Source of the DNA: Dehalococcoidia bacterium
GTDB taxonomy: Bacteria; Chloroflexota; Dehalococcoidia; Lucifugimonadales; UBA1123
Direction of reading: 5' to 3'
DNA: 64,000 nt
NCBI GenBank assembly: GCA_963666185.1
Contig: OY762634.1
Span: 3,395,284-3,459,283 of the forward strand
The notes beneath the pieces are model-generated. The model was not told the origin of the DNA. It did not search any database and was given only the letters and a program-made list of their open reading frames with translations. Each line of letters starts with the position of its first letter. The stretch's first letter is position 1. The position numbers and the translations under genes are program-made. Of this stretch, positions 44,353-54,164 are shown piece by piece.

Positions 44353-44862
44353 ATGGTTACCCAGGTTGATGACAGACCCATCGAAGTTCTACTAGTAGAA
44401 GACAATCCCGCCGACGCTCGGCTCGCCCAGGACACCATAGAGCAGTCGAGTCAGCAGGCGAACATCACGCACGCCGAAGACGGCGAAATAGCGCTCGCCA
44501 TTCTGAGGAAAGAGGGCGAGTACGCCTCGGCCGCCAGGCCGGACCTGATACTTCTGGACCTCAGAATGCCGCGCAAGGACGGCACCGAGGTTCTGGCCGA
44601 ACTGAACGCGGACGAAGACCTTGTTTCCATCCCCGTGATGCTGCTCACCGGCACGGAGGCGGAGGCCAGCCTTCTGGAGTCCTACTCCATCCCTCCCAGC
44701 CGTTACGCGCGCAAGCCGCTGCAGCTGGAGCAGTTCAACAGGGTTCTGGGCGCTCTCGGCCTGTTCAGCCGCCAGCCCATCCAGATACCGACCGCGTCCG
44801 AGACCCAGCAGGCGACCGCGCCCAACGAAGGACGCCGCAGATGGTGGTGGCCCTTCGGCTAA
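44353..44862 (+). CDS. single-domain response regulator (REC)
   Basis: VLLVEDNPAD, DLILLDLRMPRKDG and ARKP. ATG 44353 lies 8 nt after TAGGAGG; the track start is GTG 44344. Confidence 0.85.
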   Translation: MVTQVDDRPIEVLLVEDNPADARLAQDTIEQSSQQANITHAEDGEIALAILRKEGEYASAARPDLILLDLRMPRKDGTEVLAELNADEDLVSIPVMLLTGTEAEASLLESYSIPPSRYARKPLQLEQFNRVLGALGLFSRQPIQIPTASETQQATAPNEGRRRWWWPFG

Positions 44863-44952
44863 ACCGTCGGCATTTGCCCACCGTCCTCGACCCAGATCCT
44901 CCGTGGACACGTGATACTTCTCGGGTTTCGGCTCTAAGTTGAATCGCAATAC

Positions 44953-44989
44953 AAAACCCGCCAGTGGTATTGACTCACTGGCGGGTTTT
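44953..44989. terminator. bidirectional rho-independent terminator
   Basis: The structure is aaaa-cccgccagtg, a 9-nt loop, then cactggcggg-tttt. It lies between the convergent response-regulator and VWA genes. Confidence 0.75.
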
Positions 44990-45017
44990 ACGTTCAACTG
45001 GAAACGGGCGCGTGAAT

Positions 45018-47051
45018 CTAGGCTATCCGCTTCTTCCTCGCGCGCATATAGTCCACCATTACGTACTGGCCCAGCTGGTTGGGCGAGGTGTAGAACGCCC
45101 TGCCCTTGTTCACCTTCGTCACCTGGTCAATGAAGTCCATCAGGTAGTAGTTGGCTTCAAGCATGAAGGTGTTGATGGTTATGCCGTCCTGCGTGCAGCG
45201 CTTGACCTCTTTCAGCGTTTCGTCAATCGTCTGGTAGCTGGGCGGGTAGCTGAAGTAGGCGTGACCGTTCTCCAAGTGGGATGTGGGTTCGCCGTCGGTG
45301 ACCATGATTATGTGCTTGTTCGCCACCTTCTGGCGCGAGAGCAGCTTGCGCGCCAGCATCAGCCCGTGCTGCATATTCGTGCCGGAGTTCCAGTAGTTCC
45401 AGGTTATCTCCGGCAGTTCCTCTTCCTTGAACTCCATCGCGTAGTCGGAGAAGCCGACCAGATAGAAGTAGTCCCTGGGGAACTGGGAGTGGATGAGCCA
45501 GTACAGCGCCATGGCGACCTTCTTGGCCGGCCCCCAGTAGCCGAACATACCCATTGACTTGCTCTGGTCAAGAAGCAGGACGGTCGCGGTCTGGGTGAGA
45601 TGCTCGGTGTGATGTATCTCCATGTCTTCGGGCGTCAGCCGCAGGGGAACGCTTGGGCCATTGCGAAGAACCGAGTTGAACAGGGTGCGGTGCATATCAA
45701 TGTCGAACGGGTCTCCGAACTGGTACTGGCGCGTCTCGCCCGTATATTCGCCGCCGTCGCCCCGGGTGAAGACCTCGTGCCTGCCCATGCGCTCTTTCTT
45801 CATCTCGGAGAAGACCTCGCGGAGCGCGCTCTGGGCGAGTTTCCTCATGCCTCTAGCGGTCAGTTCGAGCCTGTCTCCCCTGCGGCGCAGGTATCCGGCC
45901 TCTTCGAGCTGCTGGATTAGGTCCTGAAGCTGTTCGAGTTCGCGGCGGGCGTCCTCTCCCATCAACTCTTCCACCTTGTCGGGATCTATGTCCTCCACTC
46001 CGCCCTGCCGCATGACCGATTCAAGCTGGTCGTCCAGCCTGTCCATGTCCTGGAGTTGCTCCATCAGTTGCATAGCCTGGTCGAGGGTAACGGACTCGTC
46101 GCCCATGAACGGGTATTCGGAAGCCATGTCGTCGAACGGGAACATATCGTACATTATGGAAGCGAGTTCGGCCATGTCCTGCATCATCTCCGAGGGCATG
46201 GAGGACTGAAGCATCTGCTCCAGTTCGTCGCGCATCTGGGGAGACATCGAATCCATCAAGGATTGCATGGAGGCCATCTGCTGCTGAAGCCGCTCTATAA
46301 GCTCGTCGAGGCTGGCGGGCCGGTCGGGATCGAAGTATTGTCCGTACTGCTCCATGAACCCCTCGAAGTCGGGGTCTTCGCCCATGGCCCTGTCCCGTAG
46401 CATCTGGTTCAGCGCCTGTATCATCTCCTGGACGCCACGCATATCCTCGGCGGACATATTCTGAATCGCGTCCTTCATCCCCTGGAAGAAGTTCTGCATC
46501 ATCTGCTGGCGCAGCGTGTCCATAAGTTCCTGGAACTTCTCCCGCGCTTCGGGATCCATGAAGTCGTATTCGGACAGCGACCGAATCTGTCCCGCCGCGC
46601 TATCGGGCATTAGGTCCAGCTTCTCCGTGTTCTGCTGGGCGCGCTGTTCCAGAATGTCCATAGCGTTGCCCAGGATGTCGCCAAGCTCCGAATCCTCTCC
46701 CCCCGCGTCTTCAAGCTGCTGCTTCGCCTCATCGAGACGCCGCTCGATGCCGCTCCGCTCGGTGGAGATTATGTCCTCGAGCCGCTCAGCGATGTCGTCC
46801 ATAGCGGATTCGAGGTTGTAGCGTTCCAACTGCTGCTGTTGGAGACGGCTGAGACGCTCGCGCAGTTCGCGAAGCCCGGTTACTCGCTGGCCCTGGTCGC
46901 CGCTCATTCCCTGCCGCATCAGATTACGCATCGCGCGGTTTACGTCACCATGATTCATGATGTCTTCGGACAGCGCTTCCAGAATGTCTTCCTCGTCCAG
47001 ATCGAACGGGTTCTGGGTTCCGTCCCAGTAGGAGTAGCGATAGCTGACCAT
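45018..47051 (-). CDS. VWA domain-containing protein with long acidic coiled-coil N-region
   Basis: The MIDAS motif is LLLDQSKSMG, and the VWA core runs through MVTDGEPT. GAGAGG lies 6 nt before the ATG. Confidence 0.8.
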   Translation of the reverse strand: MVSYRYSYWDGTQNPFDLDEEDILEALSEDIMNHGDVNRAMRNLMRQGMSGDQGQRVTGLRELRERLSRLQQQQLERYNLESAMDDIAERLEDIISTERSGIERRLDEAKQQLEDAGGEDSELGDILGNAMDILEQRAQQNTEKLDLMPDSAAGQIRSLSEYDFMDPEAREKFQELMDTLRQQMMQNFFQGMKDAIQNMSAEDMRGVQEMIQALNQMLRDRAMGEDPDFEGFMEQYGQYFDPDRPASLDELIERLQQQMASMQSLMDSMSPQMRDELEQMLQSSMPSEMMQDMAELASIMYDMFPFDDMASEYPFMGDESVTLDQAMQLMEQLQDMDRLDDQLESVMRQGGVEDIDPDKVEELMGEDARRELEQLQDLIQQLEEAGYLRRRGDRLELTARGMRKLAQSALREVFSEMKKERMGRHEVFTRGDGGEYTGETRQYQFGDPFDIDMHRTLFNSVLRNGPSVPLRLTPEDMEIHHTEHLTQTATVLLLDQSKSMGMFGYWGPAKKVAMALYWLIHSQFPRDYFYLVGFSDYAMEFKEEELPEITWNYWNSGTNMQHGLMLARKLLSRQKVANKHIIMVTDGEPTSHLENGHAYFSYPPSYQTIDETLKEVKRCTQDGITINTFMLEANYYLMDFIDQVTKVNKGRAFYTSPNQLGQYVMVDYMRARKKRIA

Positions 47052-47150
47052 AGGATGCCTCTCAGACGGGCCGATCAGTCGGCCAAGCGAATTGGGCCAA
47101 TGATATTTGGGAAGATAGAAGGTGTCAATGGGCGGAGACGCTGACGCGCG

Positions 47151-49988
47151 TTATCTGCTCGAAATGGAAATATGCTGGTTCGCCGGCACATCGCTAAGCG
47201 TGGTCGTCTGACCGTTGACCCACTCGACGCGGATCTCGTCCACCGTCTTAGCGCCGCCCAACCCGAAGTGGGCGATTCTGCCCGGCTCCTGGGTTACGAA
47301 GTTCGTCGAGGCGTGCAACTCGCGCATCTGGGTCAGTCCGTTCGTCGTGACGTATATCCTCGAACCGATGCCATGGCTGTGCAGCGGCGGGCCGCCCTCG
47401 AGCGTTACCTTCAGCCAGCGATTCGTGGTCGGCGTATCGTTTCTGAGTAGGGTCGGAGTCGCGGGAGCGCGAACCGGCTCTCCCCCATCGCTCGCGTATT
47501 CATGGTTGTTCGTTATGAAGATGTCCAAGTCGCCGTCGTTATCGTAGTCGAACAGGATCGCGCCCCTGCCCTGCCCCTTGTCCGCGGAGCCTGTCTGTTC
47601 GGCTACTTCGTGGAATCCGAGATAGCCGCCATTCTCGAATAGACGCCCGGGCTGATTGTTGAATTCGTCGGGGCTGCCCTCGCTCTGTCTCTGAACCCAG
47701 CCGTTTACGTGGTAGAGGTCGAGGTCGCCGTCGTTGTCAAGGTCGCCGAAGCTGGCGGCCCAGCCCCAGCCGCCGTCGCGTATGCCCGCTTCGGCGCTCA
47801 GGTCGGCGAAAGTCATTTCGGACTCGTTGCGGTAGAGGCGGTTTCCCGTGCCTCCGAACACGCCCTTGTCCGGGTTGTCCTGTCCGAAGATGCTGGACAC
47901 GAACCAGTCCAGATCGCCGTCGTTGTCATAGTCTCCGATAGCGGAACCCATGCCGTTCTCGTCGGTGAAGGTCGGCGACGCGCTTCTCTGTATCTGGAAC
48001 ATACCATCTCCGACGTTGCGGTAGATGCGAGACATCCCGTAGTCCGCCACGACCGCCAGATCGGTCAGGCCGTCGCCGTCGAGGTCGGCGAACCTGGGCG
48101 CGAACGTCCACAGGTCAATTCCCCGACCTGTCCGAAATTGGTATGGCTCCAGTTGTCCCTGTCCGTCGTTGGCGTACAAGAATAGAGGGGAAAGCCTGTC
48201 GCCGCCAATCAACGGATTGCCGCCTGTGGCCTGCGATAGGTCATTCGAGGACTTGGTCGCGGCGTCGTAGTTCCTGGCAGTTTCGGGGTTCCATTCTCCG
48301 AGCGCGAGTTCGAGCGTTCCGTCGTTATCCACATCTCCCCAACTCGGGCTGGTGGCGAACATCTTCGGCTCTGTGAGCATCGTGTCGTTCACGCTGAACC
48401 GTCCCGATCCGTCGTTGATGAGCAGGTAGTGAGGCGCCTGCTGCGAAGCGACCACTATATCAATATCGCCGTCATTGTCGTAATCTGCGGCGGCGGCGGC
48501 CACTCCGTATCTTGTCGGAAGGTCCGCGCCTCTCAGCGCGGCTTCCTCAGCAAACGCGCCGTCTCGCTGGTTCATGTACAGAACGCTGGGCGCTTCGCCA
48601 CCGCGCAGAACGAACAGGTCTAGCCATCCGTCGCCGTCGAAATCCTCGGCCACCGCGCCGCCAACCATGTCCTTCGGCTCGCTCTTGTCCAGTAGCGGCT
48701 CAGGCGCGGTATGGGTGTGGGTGACGCCCGCCTCAAGGGTGACGTCGGTGAACCGCATCGAGCTTGCCCAGTCGCCACCCGTTTCTGAGCCGCTTATAGC
48801 GGCTGGGCGCGCGTAACGTGTGGAGGAGCCGTAGTCGGCGCGCAAGCCGAAGTCGGGACCGCTGCCGAGCGAGACAAAGACGAGGGCCGCTACGCCTCCG
48901 GCCATTCCCAGCGTCCAGGTGCTCGCGCCGAAAGTGACGATTGCCCTCTTGGGCATTACCTTGGACAGTCCCCAGAAGGTAATCGGCCCGGCGGCGGCGG
49001 CGGTGAACAGCAGCGCGGCGGCGGGCGCGGTTCCCATGCCCGCCATGAGCAGCACCGCGACTAGGGGAATCTCGAACAATAGCGGGACGTTGATAGCTAC
49101 CCCGATAGTCGCCGCTATCGCCACGCCGAGAATGTCGTCTCCGAGCCAGGCGGTGACGGTCTGAGGACTGAGCCACTGTATAGCCAGACCGCTCGCGAAT
49201 CCGGCCAGTATCATCACCGGGGCCAAGCGTATCACGTGGCCGGCGGTTATCTTCGCCCACTCTTTGGAGCCTTCCCCTATCGCCTGCCGCCATCCAACAT
49301 CGTCCGGGATGGAGGGAGTGTAAGGCAGGTTGAGCGATAGCCTGTCATGCCTGTTCACTACCCTCGCGACCAGGGGGCCTATCAGCAGGACGCCCACGAG
49401 ACTCACGGCGATGCGAGTTCCCCCAATCAGGGGCGCGAACACCATGGCGGCCATTATGAGGGAGGGCAGGTTGAACGTGGATGACCCCTGCGTAATGGCC
49501 AGGGTGGTTTCTATGCCCGAACCCCGTCGCCTGAACGCCGAGGCCACCGGCACGATACAGGCGGAGCATAGGTTCATCGCCGGGCCGATTAGAAGCCCTT
49601 TCAGGGACCCCCTTATGCCTGCGCCGGTCAGACTCCAGTCGCCTGACTTGGGGAAGATGAACGCCTCGGTCGCTCCGGCGACGAGGAAGGCGAAAATCAT
49701 ACCTACGGTGACAAGTTGGAGATAGGTAAGGGAGAACTCCCACCATCTCTCAAAGAAAGATTTTTCGGGGGGACCTTCGATGCAGAATCCTTGGAAACAC
49801 TCCGCCGCGGGGGATGTCGCCACCGCGAGGTCGGCCTGCACGGTGTCCAGCTTTGGGACGCGGTTGAACGCCAGGAACAGCGCCAGCATAACGCCAATAA
49901 TAAGCAGCCCCAGGACGCGGCGCTTCTTCAGTCCGCTGTCGTAGAGCGAGTTGGGGAAATTGGCGGTTCTGGCTCGGATATTCAGCAT
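47151..49988 (-). CDS. fusion protein: ArsP-like predicted permease + FG-GAP/VCBS repeats + ASPIC/UnbV (CRTAC1 family)
   Basis: The N-terminal ~390 aa are polytopic and carry the LCSACIVP motif. Six DxDxDGxxD FG-GAP repeats follow (DYDNDGDIDIVV, GDYDNDGDLDWF and others). The C-terminus reads NRWLKVTLEG...GIGSRIYV...RVEW. Confidence 0.8.
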   Translation of the reverse strand: MLNIRARTANFPNSLYDSGLKKRRVLGLLIIGVMLALFLAFNRVPKLDTVQADLAVATSPAAECFQGFCIEGPPEKSFFERWWEFSLTYLQLVTVGMIFAFLVAGATEAFIFPKSGDWSLTGAGIRGSLKGLLIGPAMNLCSACIVPVASAFRRRGSGIETTLAITQGSSTFNLPSLIMAAMVFAPLIGGTRIAVSLVGVLLIGPLVARVVNRHDRLSLNLPYTPSIPDDVGWRQAIGEGSKEWAKITAGHVIRLAPVMILAGFASGLAIQWLSPQTVTAWLGDDILGVAIAATIGVAINVPLLFEIPLVAVLLMAGMGTAPAAALLFTAAAAGPITFWGLSKVMPKRAIVTFGASTWTLGMAGGVAALVFVSLGSGPDFGLRADYGSSTRYARPAAISGSETGGDWASSMRFTDVTLEAGVTHTHTAPEPLLDKSEPKDMVGGAVAEDFDGDGWLDLFVLRGGEAPSVLYMNQRDGAFAEEAALRGADLPTRYGVAAAAADYDNDGDIDIVVASQQAPHYLLINDGSGRFSVNDTMLTEPKMFATSPSWGDVDNDGTLELALGEWNPETARNYDAATKSSNDLSQATGGNPLIGGDRLSPLFLYANDGQGQLEPYQFRTGRGIDLWTFAPRFADLDGDGLTDLAVVADYGMSRIYRNVGDGMFQIQRSASPTFTDENGMGSAIGDYDNDGDLDWFVSSIFGQDNPDKGVFGGTGNRLYRNESEMTFADLSAEAGIRDGGWGWAASFGDLDNDGDLDLYHVNGWVQRQSEGSPDEFNNQPGRLFENGGYLGFHEVAEQTGSADKGQGRGAILFDYDNDGDLDIFITNNHEYASDGGEPVRAPATPTLLRNDTPTTNRWLKVTLEGGPPLHSHGIGSRIYVTTNGLTQMRELHASTNFVTQEPGRIAHFGLGGAKTVDEIRVEWVNGQTTTLSDVPANQHISISSR

Positions 49989-50024
49989 AGCGTTGGTGGT
50001 GGAGCTTGGGCCGCAATTACAAAC

Positions 50025-50053
50025 GGGGTGTGGCGATTATCTCTCCACACCCC
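50025..50053 (-). terminator. putative terminator downstream of the ABC operon
   Basis: A 9-bp GC stem (ggggtgtgg and ccacacccc) with an 11-nt loop. The minus strand continues GTTTGTAATT. Confidence 0.45.
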
Positions 50054-50096
50054 GCTTCGCTAGTTCGTCTTGCTAATCAGACCTGGAATCTACCGC

Positions 50097-52100
50097 CTAG
50101 CGGAAGCCTGTCCTGCCCTCTCTCATGTCGCGGTCGAGCCAGATGTAGGCCCACTTGGTGGAGTAGTCCACGAAGGCGAGGATTCTTTCGCCGTTGTGGT
50201 TCTGCACCCATGGCTGCCAGTAGTCGCCGCCGAAGCCGGCGGGGATCTGGATGGCGGGGGACAGTTCGAGGAAGCCGGTGTTAGCGGCCTTGATCCGGGC
50301 TATCTGCTCGTTGGATTCGGTCGCGGCCAGAACGTCCTCCCACATGGCGTGCCATTCGGGATCGTTCAGGTTGGCCCTGTTCCACTGGTGGCCGGCTCTG
50401 AAGTCGTTCAGCGCGTTCGGCCTGGCTACGAGAGCGTTGAACATGAAGTCATACTGCTTCTCGAACAGGCGGCTCTGAATGACCGGGCTGTCCACCAGGT
50501 CGAGCGTGACCTTTACGCCGATGTCGTCCCAGAATCCGAGCGCTATCTGCGCCGATTCCAGTTCGAGTTCGATGGTGTTGCGAATCATCAGGTCAATCTC
50601 GAAGCGCGTTCCGTCAACCAACGGATATCCCGCCTCGTCCAGGAGTTCGCCCGCCTTCACAGGATCGTACACGAAGTATTCCTGCACGGATTCGGGCTGC
50701 TGGTCGAGCGGCACGTAGTGGAGCGGCCACTCAGGAGACGACGGGAAGGCGAACAGCACGGCGTCGCCTTCATACAGGTTGTCCGCGAAGACCTGCCTGT
50801 CCAGGGCCATGTTCATCGCGCGGCGCACTCTCAGGTCGTCGAACGGAGGCTTGTTCATCGGCATCCAGAACATATGGGCGCCCTGGAGAGGCTTCACCTT
50901 GCCGAGGTCGGGGTTCGACTCTTCGATGCTCGCCCAGTCGGAGGTTCGCACGTCGCGCAACTTGTCAATCTTGCCTGTCCTCAGGGCGGCCAGCCTGGCG
51001 GCCTCCTGGGGAATGATGATCTCGACTATCCCATCTATGAAGGGTATAGAGTATTCACTGCCTTCGTAGTTATAGGTGGCCCACCAGTCCGGGTTCTTCT
51101 CGAACTCGGTCTTGCTGCCGGCTACGTAACCTCCTTCGACAGTCATCCATGGACCGGTGCCGGACTGGTTCCAGGGATCGTCGGTGCCAAGCTCGATGGT
51201 CTCAGGGGGAGCGGCTATGAGGTAGGGACCCCAGGCGAACTCGTAACCCCAGAACGAGACCGGCTTGTTGGTATGGTAAGTGATAGTATCCAGTTTGCCG
51301 TCGCCGTCAGTGTCATCGCCGGTGACCGCGTCGTCGGTATCCAGAAGGAAGTCATGCCTGGGCCAGCGGCAGTCCTTGATGCGATTCATTTCGGTTACCA
51401 GTTCTTCGACCGTAACTTCCCTTCCATAGGTGGGATGCTTATCCTGCCATCTCACTCCCGGCCTAAGGTGGAAGCTGTATGTCAGAGGATCCGGCACTTC
51501 CCAGCTGTCGGCCAGAGCTCCGGTCGCGAGCTTGTCAGTTCCGAATCCCAGCACCGGCAAATACGTTGTCTCGCCAGAGCCGGACGGACCCTTGTCGTAA
51601 TCGCCCATCAGGAAGTTCTCGACCGAGTAGGTGAGCATATGCTGGTTCTTGAACTCGCACATATCCCACTTGGAGCCGGGATCGCTGGCCGTAGCGATTC
51701 TCAACTGTCCGCCGTAAGACGGTCCTGTTCTTATCTCGACGGTCTTGACGTCTTCCGGCCTCAGCTGCGTCATCGCGACCGGCGCGGCTTCCACGGCGGC
51801 CTCGGCCGCCTTCTGCGCGGCTTCTTCGACGGACTTGGCTATCTGGGCCTCTTGGGCCTTCAGCGCTTCCTGAACGGCCTTCGCCACTTCTTCAGAAGTA
51901 GCGCCCGCCGGCGCGGGCGCGGCGGCTGGTTGTTGAGCTTGCGCTTGCGCCACCGCCTGCTGCGCCGCTTGCGCCGCTATCGCCGCCACGTCCGGCGTCG
52001 GCGCGGCGGGAGCCGCCGGCGTTTCGCTCGCGCAGGCGACCAACGCCGCGAGCGCGAGCGTCAGAACTGCCACTGCCGCTAACAACTTAACTTTTCTCAA
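50097..52100 (-). CDS. ABC transporter substrate-binding lipoprotein, family 5 (Opp/Dpp-like)
   Basis: From TTG 52100 the N-terminus reads MRKVKLLAAVAVLTLALAALVAC, a lipobox. An Ala/Gln-rich linker and an SBP_bac_5-like body follow. The track start is GTG 52142. Confidence 0.85.
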   Translation of the reverse strand: MRKVKLLAAVAVLTLALAALVACASETPAAPAAPTPDVAAIAAQAAQQAVAQAQAQQPAAAPAPAGATSEEVAKAVQEALKAQEAQIAKSVEEAAQKAAEAAVEAAPVAMTQLRPEDVKTVEIRTGPSYGGQLRIATASDPGSKWDMCEFKNQHMLTYSVENFLMGDYDKGPSGSGETTYLPVLGFGTDKLATGALADSWEVPDPLTYSFHLRPGVRWQDKHPTYGREVTVEELVTEMNRIKDCRWPRHDFLLDTDDAVTGDDTDGDGKLDTITYHTNKPVSFWGYEFAWGPYLIAAPPETIELGTDDPWNQSGTGPWMTVEGGYVAGSKTEFEKNPDWWATYNYEGSEYSIPFIDGIVEIIIPQEAARLAALRTGKIDKLRDVRTSDWASIEESNPDLGKVKPLQGAHMFWMPMNKPPFDDLRVRRAMNMALDRQVFADNLYEGDAVLFAFPSSPEWPLHYVPLDQQPESVQEYFVYDPVKAGELLDEAGYPLVDGTRFEIDLMIRNTIELELESAQIALGFWDDIGVKVTLDLVDSPVIQSRLFEKQYDFMFNALVARPNALNDFRAGHQWNRANLNDPEWHAMWEDVLAATESNEQIARIKAANTGFLELSPAIQIPAGFGGDYWQPWVQNHNGERILAFVDYSTKWAYIWLDRDMREGRTGFR

Positions 52101-52235
52101 TTTCGATACCCTATCCTTTCCTAATCCTGAGCGCCAGACCACGCGAGGTGGCGCGCCAACTACGAGCGAATCAATGATAGTGAACTTTCCCTCTATGTCA
52201 AGATACCGCTCTTGCCATTTCGATTCCGTCCGTTC

Positions 52236-53168
52236 CTAGTACCTGCCTCCGGACGCCCCTCTCAGCCTCGGATCGAGCAAATCCCTGAGCGCGTCGCCGA
52301 ACATATTCGTCGAATACACCACGAAGCTAAGCGCAAGGCCGGGCCACACTGCGAGCAATGGCGCCCTGAGCATATATGACATCGCCGCGCTGCTCAGCAT
52401 TCCGCCCCAGCTTGGGGCCGGAGGCGGCACTCCCAGACCGAGGAAACTCAGTCCCGATTCGGCCAGCATCATGCCAGGCATTCGCGTGGTGACCAGCACC
52501 AGCAGGAACGGCGCGACGTTCGGCAATATATGTCTCACCAGTATCCTGGGCGTGGATACTCCGACGGCCTGTGAAGCCTCGATATAGGCGTTCTGCCTGA
52601 TGCCTATGACCGCCCCCCTGACGGACCTCGATCCGCCGAGTCCGTATTGCAAGCCCAGGATGAATACTATGTTCCAAAGGCTGGGTCCTATCAGAGCCAC
52701 CAGCAGTATCAGAAGTATCAGGTCTGGGAAGACAAGCCATGCGTCAATGAATCTTTGCACGACAAGATCGAACTTGCCTCCGAAGTATCCCGAAGGGATG
52801 CCTATCAGACACGATACGATGAGTGAAGTGATGCTTCCCACTACGCCCACCAGCATAGAGATACGCGCGCCGTAGATGATGCGGCTGAACATATCCCGGC
52901 CTATGCTGTCGGTGCCGAGGAAGTGGTCGAACGAGGGAGAGGCCAAGCGTTCGAAGCGCGTGGACGTTCCATCCTCATTTCTGATCTTCTGGTCGTTGTA
53001 GCCGTAAGGCGCGATGAAATTGGCGAACACGCCGACAAAGAAGAACACCAGCACGACGACCGCTGATACCGTGCCAAGCGGCTTCGTCCTGACCATCCGC
53101 TTGAAGAAGTCGGCGAATTGATTGCGTCTCTGCTGGACTGGCGGGGCGCCTAAAGTTGCCTGTGCCAT
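52236..53168 (-). CDS. ABC transporter permease (DppC/OppC-like)
   Basis: Six TM helices are visible, with an EAA-type loop AYIEASQAVGVSTPRILVRHILPN. Confidence 0.9.
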   Translation of the reverse strand: MAQATLGAPPVQQRRNQFADFFKRMVRTKPLGTVSAVVVLVFFFVGVFANFIAPYGYNDQKIRNEDGTSTRFERLASPSFDHFLGTDSIGRDMFSRIIYGARISMLVGVVGSITSLIVSCLIGIPSGYFGGKFDLVVQRFIDAWLVFPDLILLILLVALIGPSLWNIVFILGLQYGLGGSRSVRGAVIGIRQNAYIEASQAVGVSTPRILVRHILPNVAPFLLVLVTTRMPGMMLAESGLSFLGLGVPPPAPSWGGMLSSAAMSYMLRAPLLAVWPGLALSFVVYSTNMFGDALRDLLDPRLRGASGGRY

Positions 53169-53183
53169 TCTTCCTCCGCGCCT

Positions 53184-54149
53184 CTAACTGTATCTTATCC
53201 TGGGATCGAGCCAGGCGTAACTTAGATCTGTTATCAAGATGATGAGTAGTACAAAGAGGCTGAATACGAGCGTTACCCCAATTATTACGGGGAAATCGCG
53301 AAGGAAGGCCGCCTCTACCGCCAGCCGTCCCATTCCAGGCAGACCGAAGAGCTGCTCGATTATCACTGAACCGCCTATCACAACCGGCACGCCCAGTCCC
53401 AGGACTGTGATAACCGGAATCAGCGCGTTCTTCACCGCGTGCCTGAATATCACCACCTTCTCGGCCAGTCCCTTCGAATAGGCCGTCCTGATGTAGTCCT
53501 CCCTTACCACCTCGAGCATCATAGTTCTCATCAGCCTCATGTTTACGCCGTTGATGGCCATGCCCATGATGATCGCCGGAAGCAAGATCATCTTCAGATT
53601 TTCCATCGGGTCTTCCCAAATGTGAACGTAGATTATGGGCGGTGACCAATTCCACCATAACGAAGGAAAGACTATCACCATGATGCCCACCCAGAATGAG
53701 GGAAGGCTAATGAAGAGAATGGCGAGACTACGGAATACGTAGTCCGCCCATGAATCCTGGCGCACAGCCGAATATATAGCCACCGGGAAAGAGATGAGCA
53801 GCGCGATTATTATCGCTAAAATTCCTAACTCGAAGGTGACTGGCAACCTCTGTATTATCTGGTCCTTCACGTCGAAGCCCATGATGACAGCTTCGCCCAG
53901 ATCTTGGTGAAGTATCAGATCTCTCCACCACCTGAAGTACTGCACGTAGATGGGGACGTCTATGCCAAGCTGTTTCTCCAGCTCGGCGCGCAGCAGTCCT
54001 CGGTCTTCTTTGCCGGAGAGGTCCATCTGGCCTATCAGGACGTCTATCGCGTCGCCCGGGATTACCCGGAGCGCGGCGGTCGTCAGCAGAGTGACGATGA
54101 GAAGGGTCGGTATAGTGAGAAGCAGCCTTCTGATTATGTAAGTTGTCAT
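53184..54149 (-). CDS. ABC transporter permease (DppB/OppB-like)
   Basis: The N-terminus MTTYIIRRLL is typical, and the EAA-type loop reads YIRTAYSKGLAEKVVIFRHAVKNA. Confidence 0.9.
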   Translation of the reverse strand: MTTYIIRRLLLTIPTLLIVTLLTTAALRVIPGDAIDVLIGQMDLSGKEDRGLLRAELEKQLGIDVPIYVQYFRWWRDLILHQDLGEAVIMGFDVKDQIIQRLPVTFELGILAIIIALLISFPVAIYSAVRQDSWADYVFRSLAILFISLPSFWVGIMVIVFPSLWWNWSPPIIYVHIWEDPMENLKMILLPAIIMGMAINGVNMRLMRTMMLEVVREDYIRTAYSKGLAEKVVIFRHAVKNALIPVITVLGLGVPVVIGGSVIIEQLFGLPGMGRLAVEAAFLRDFPVIIGVTLVFSLFVLLIILITDLSYAWLDPRIRYS

Positions 54150-54164
54150 CTGACTATATCACCC

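Noticed and set aside
50070-52082. 670-aa plus-strand ORF antisense to the ABC substrate-binding protein gene
   Set aside because: This is the same shadow-ORF pattern: a Gly/Arg/Val-rich product with an Arg-rich tail. The minus-strand gene has a lipobox and a family-5 binding-protein body.
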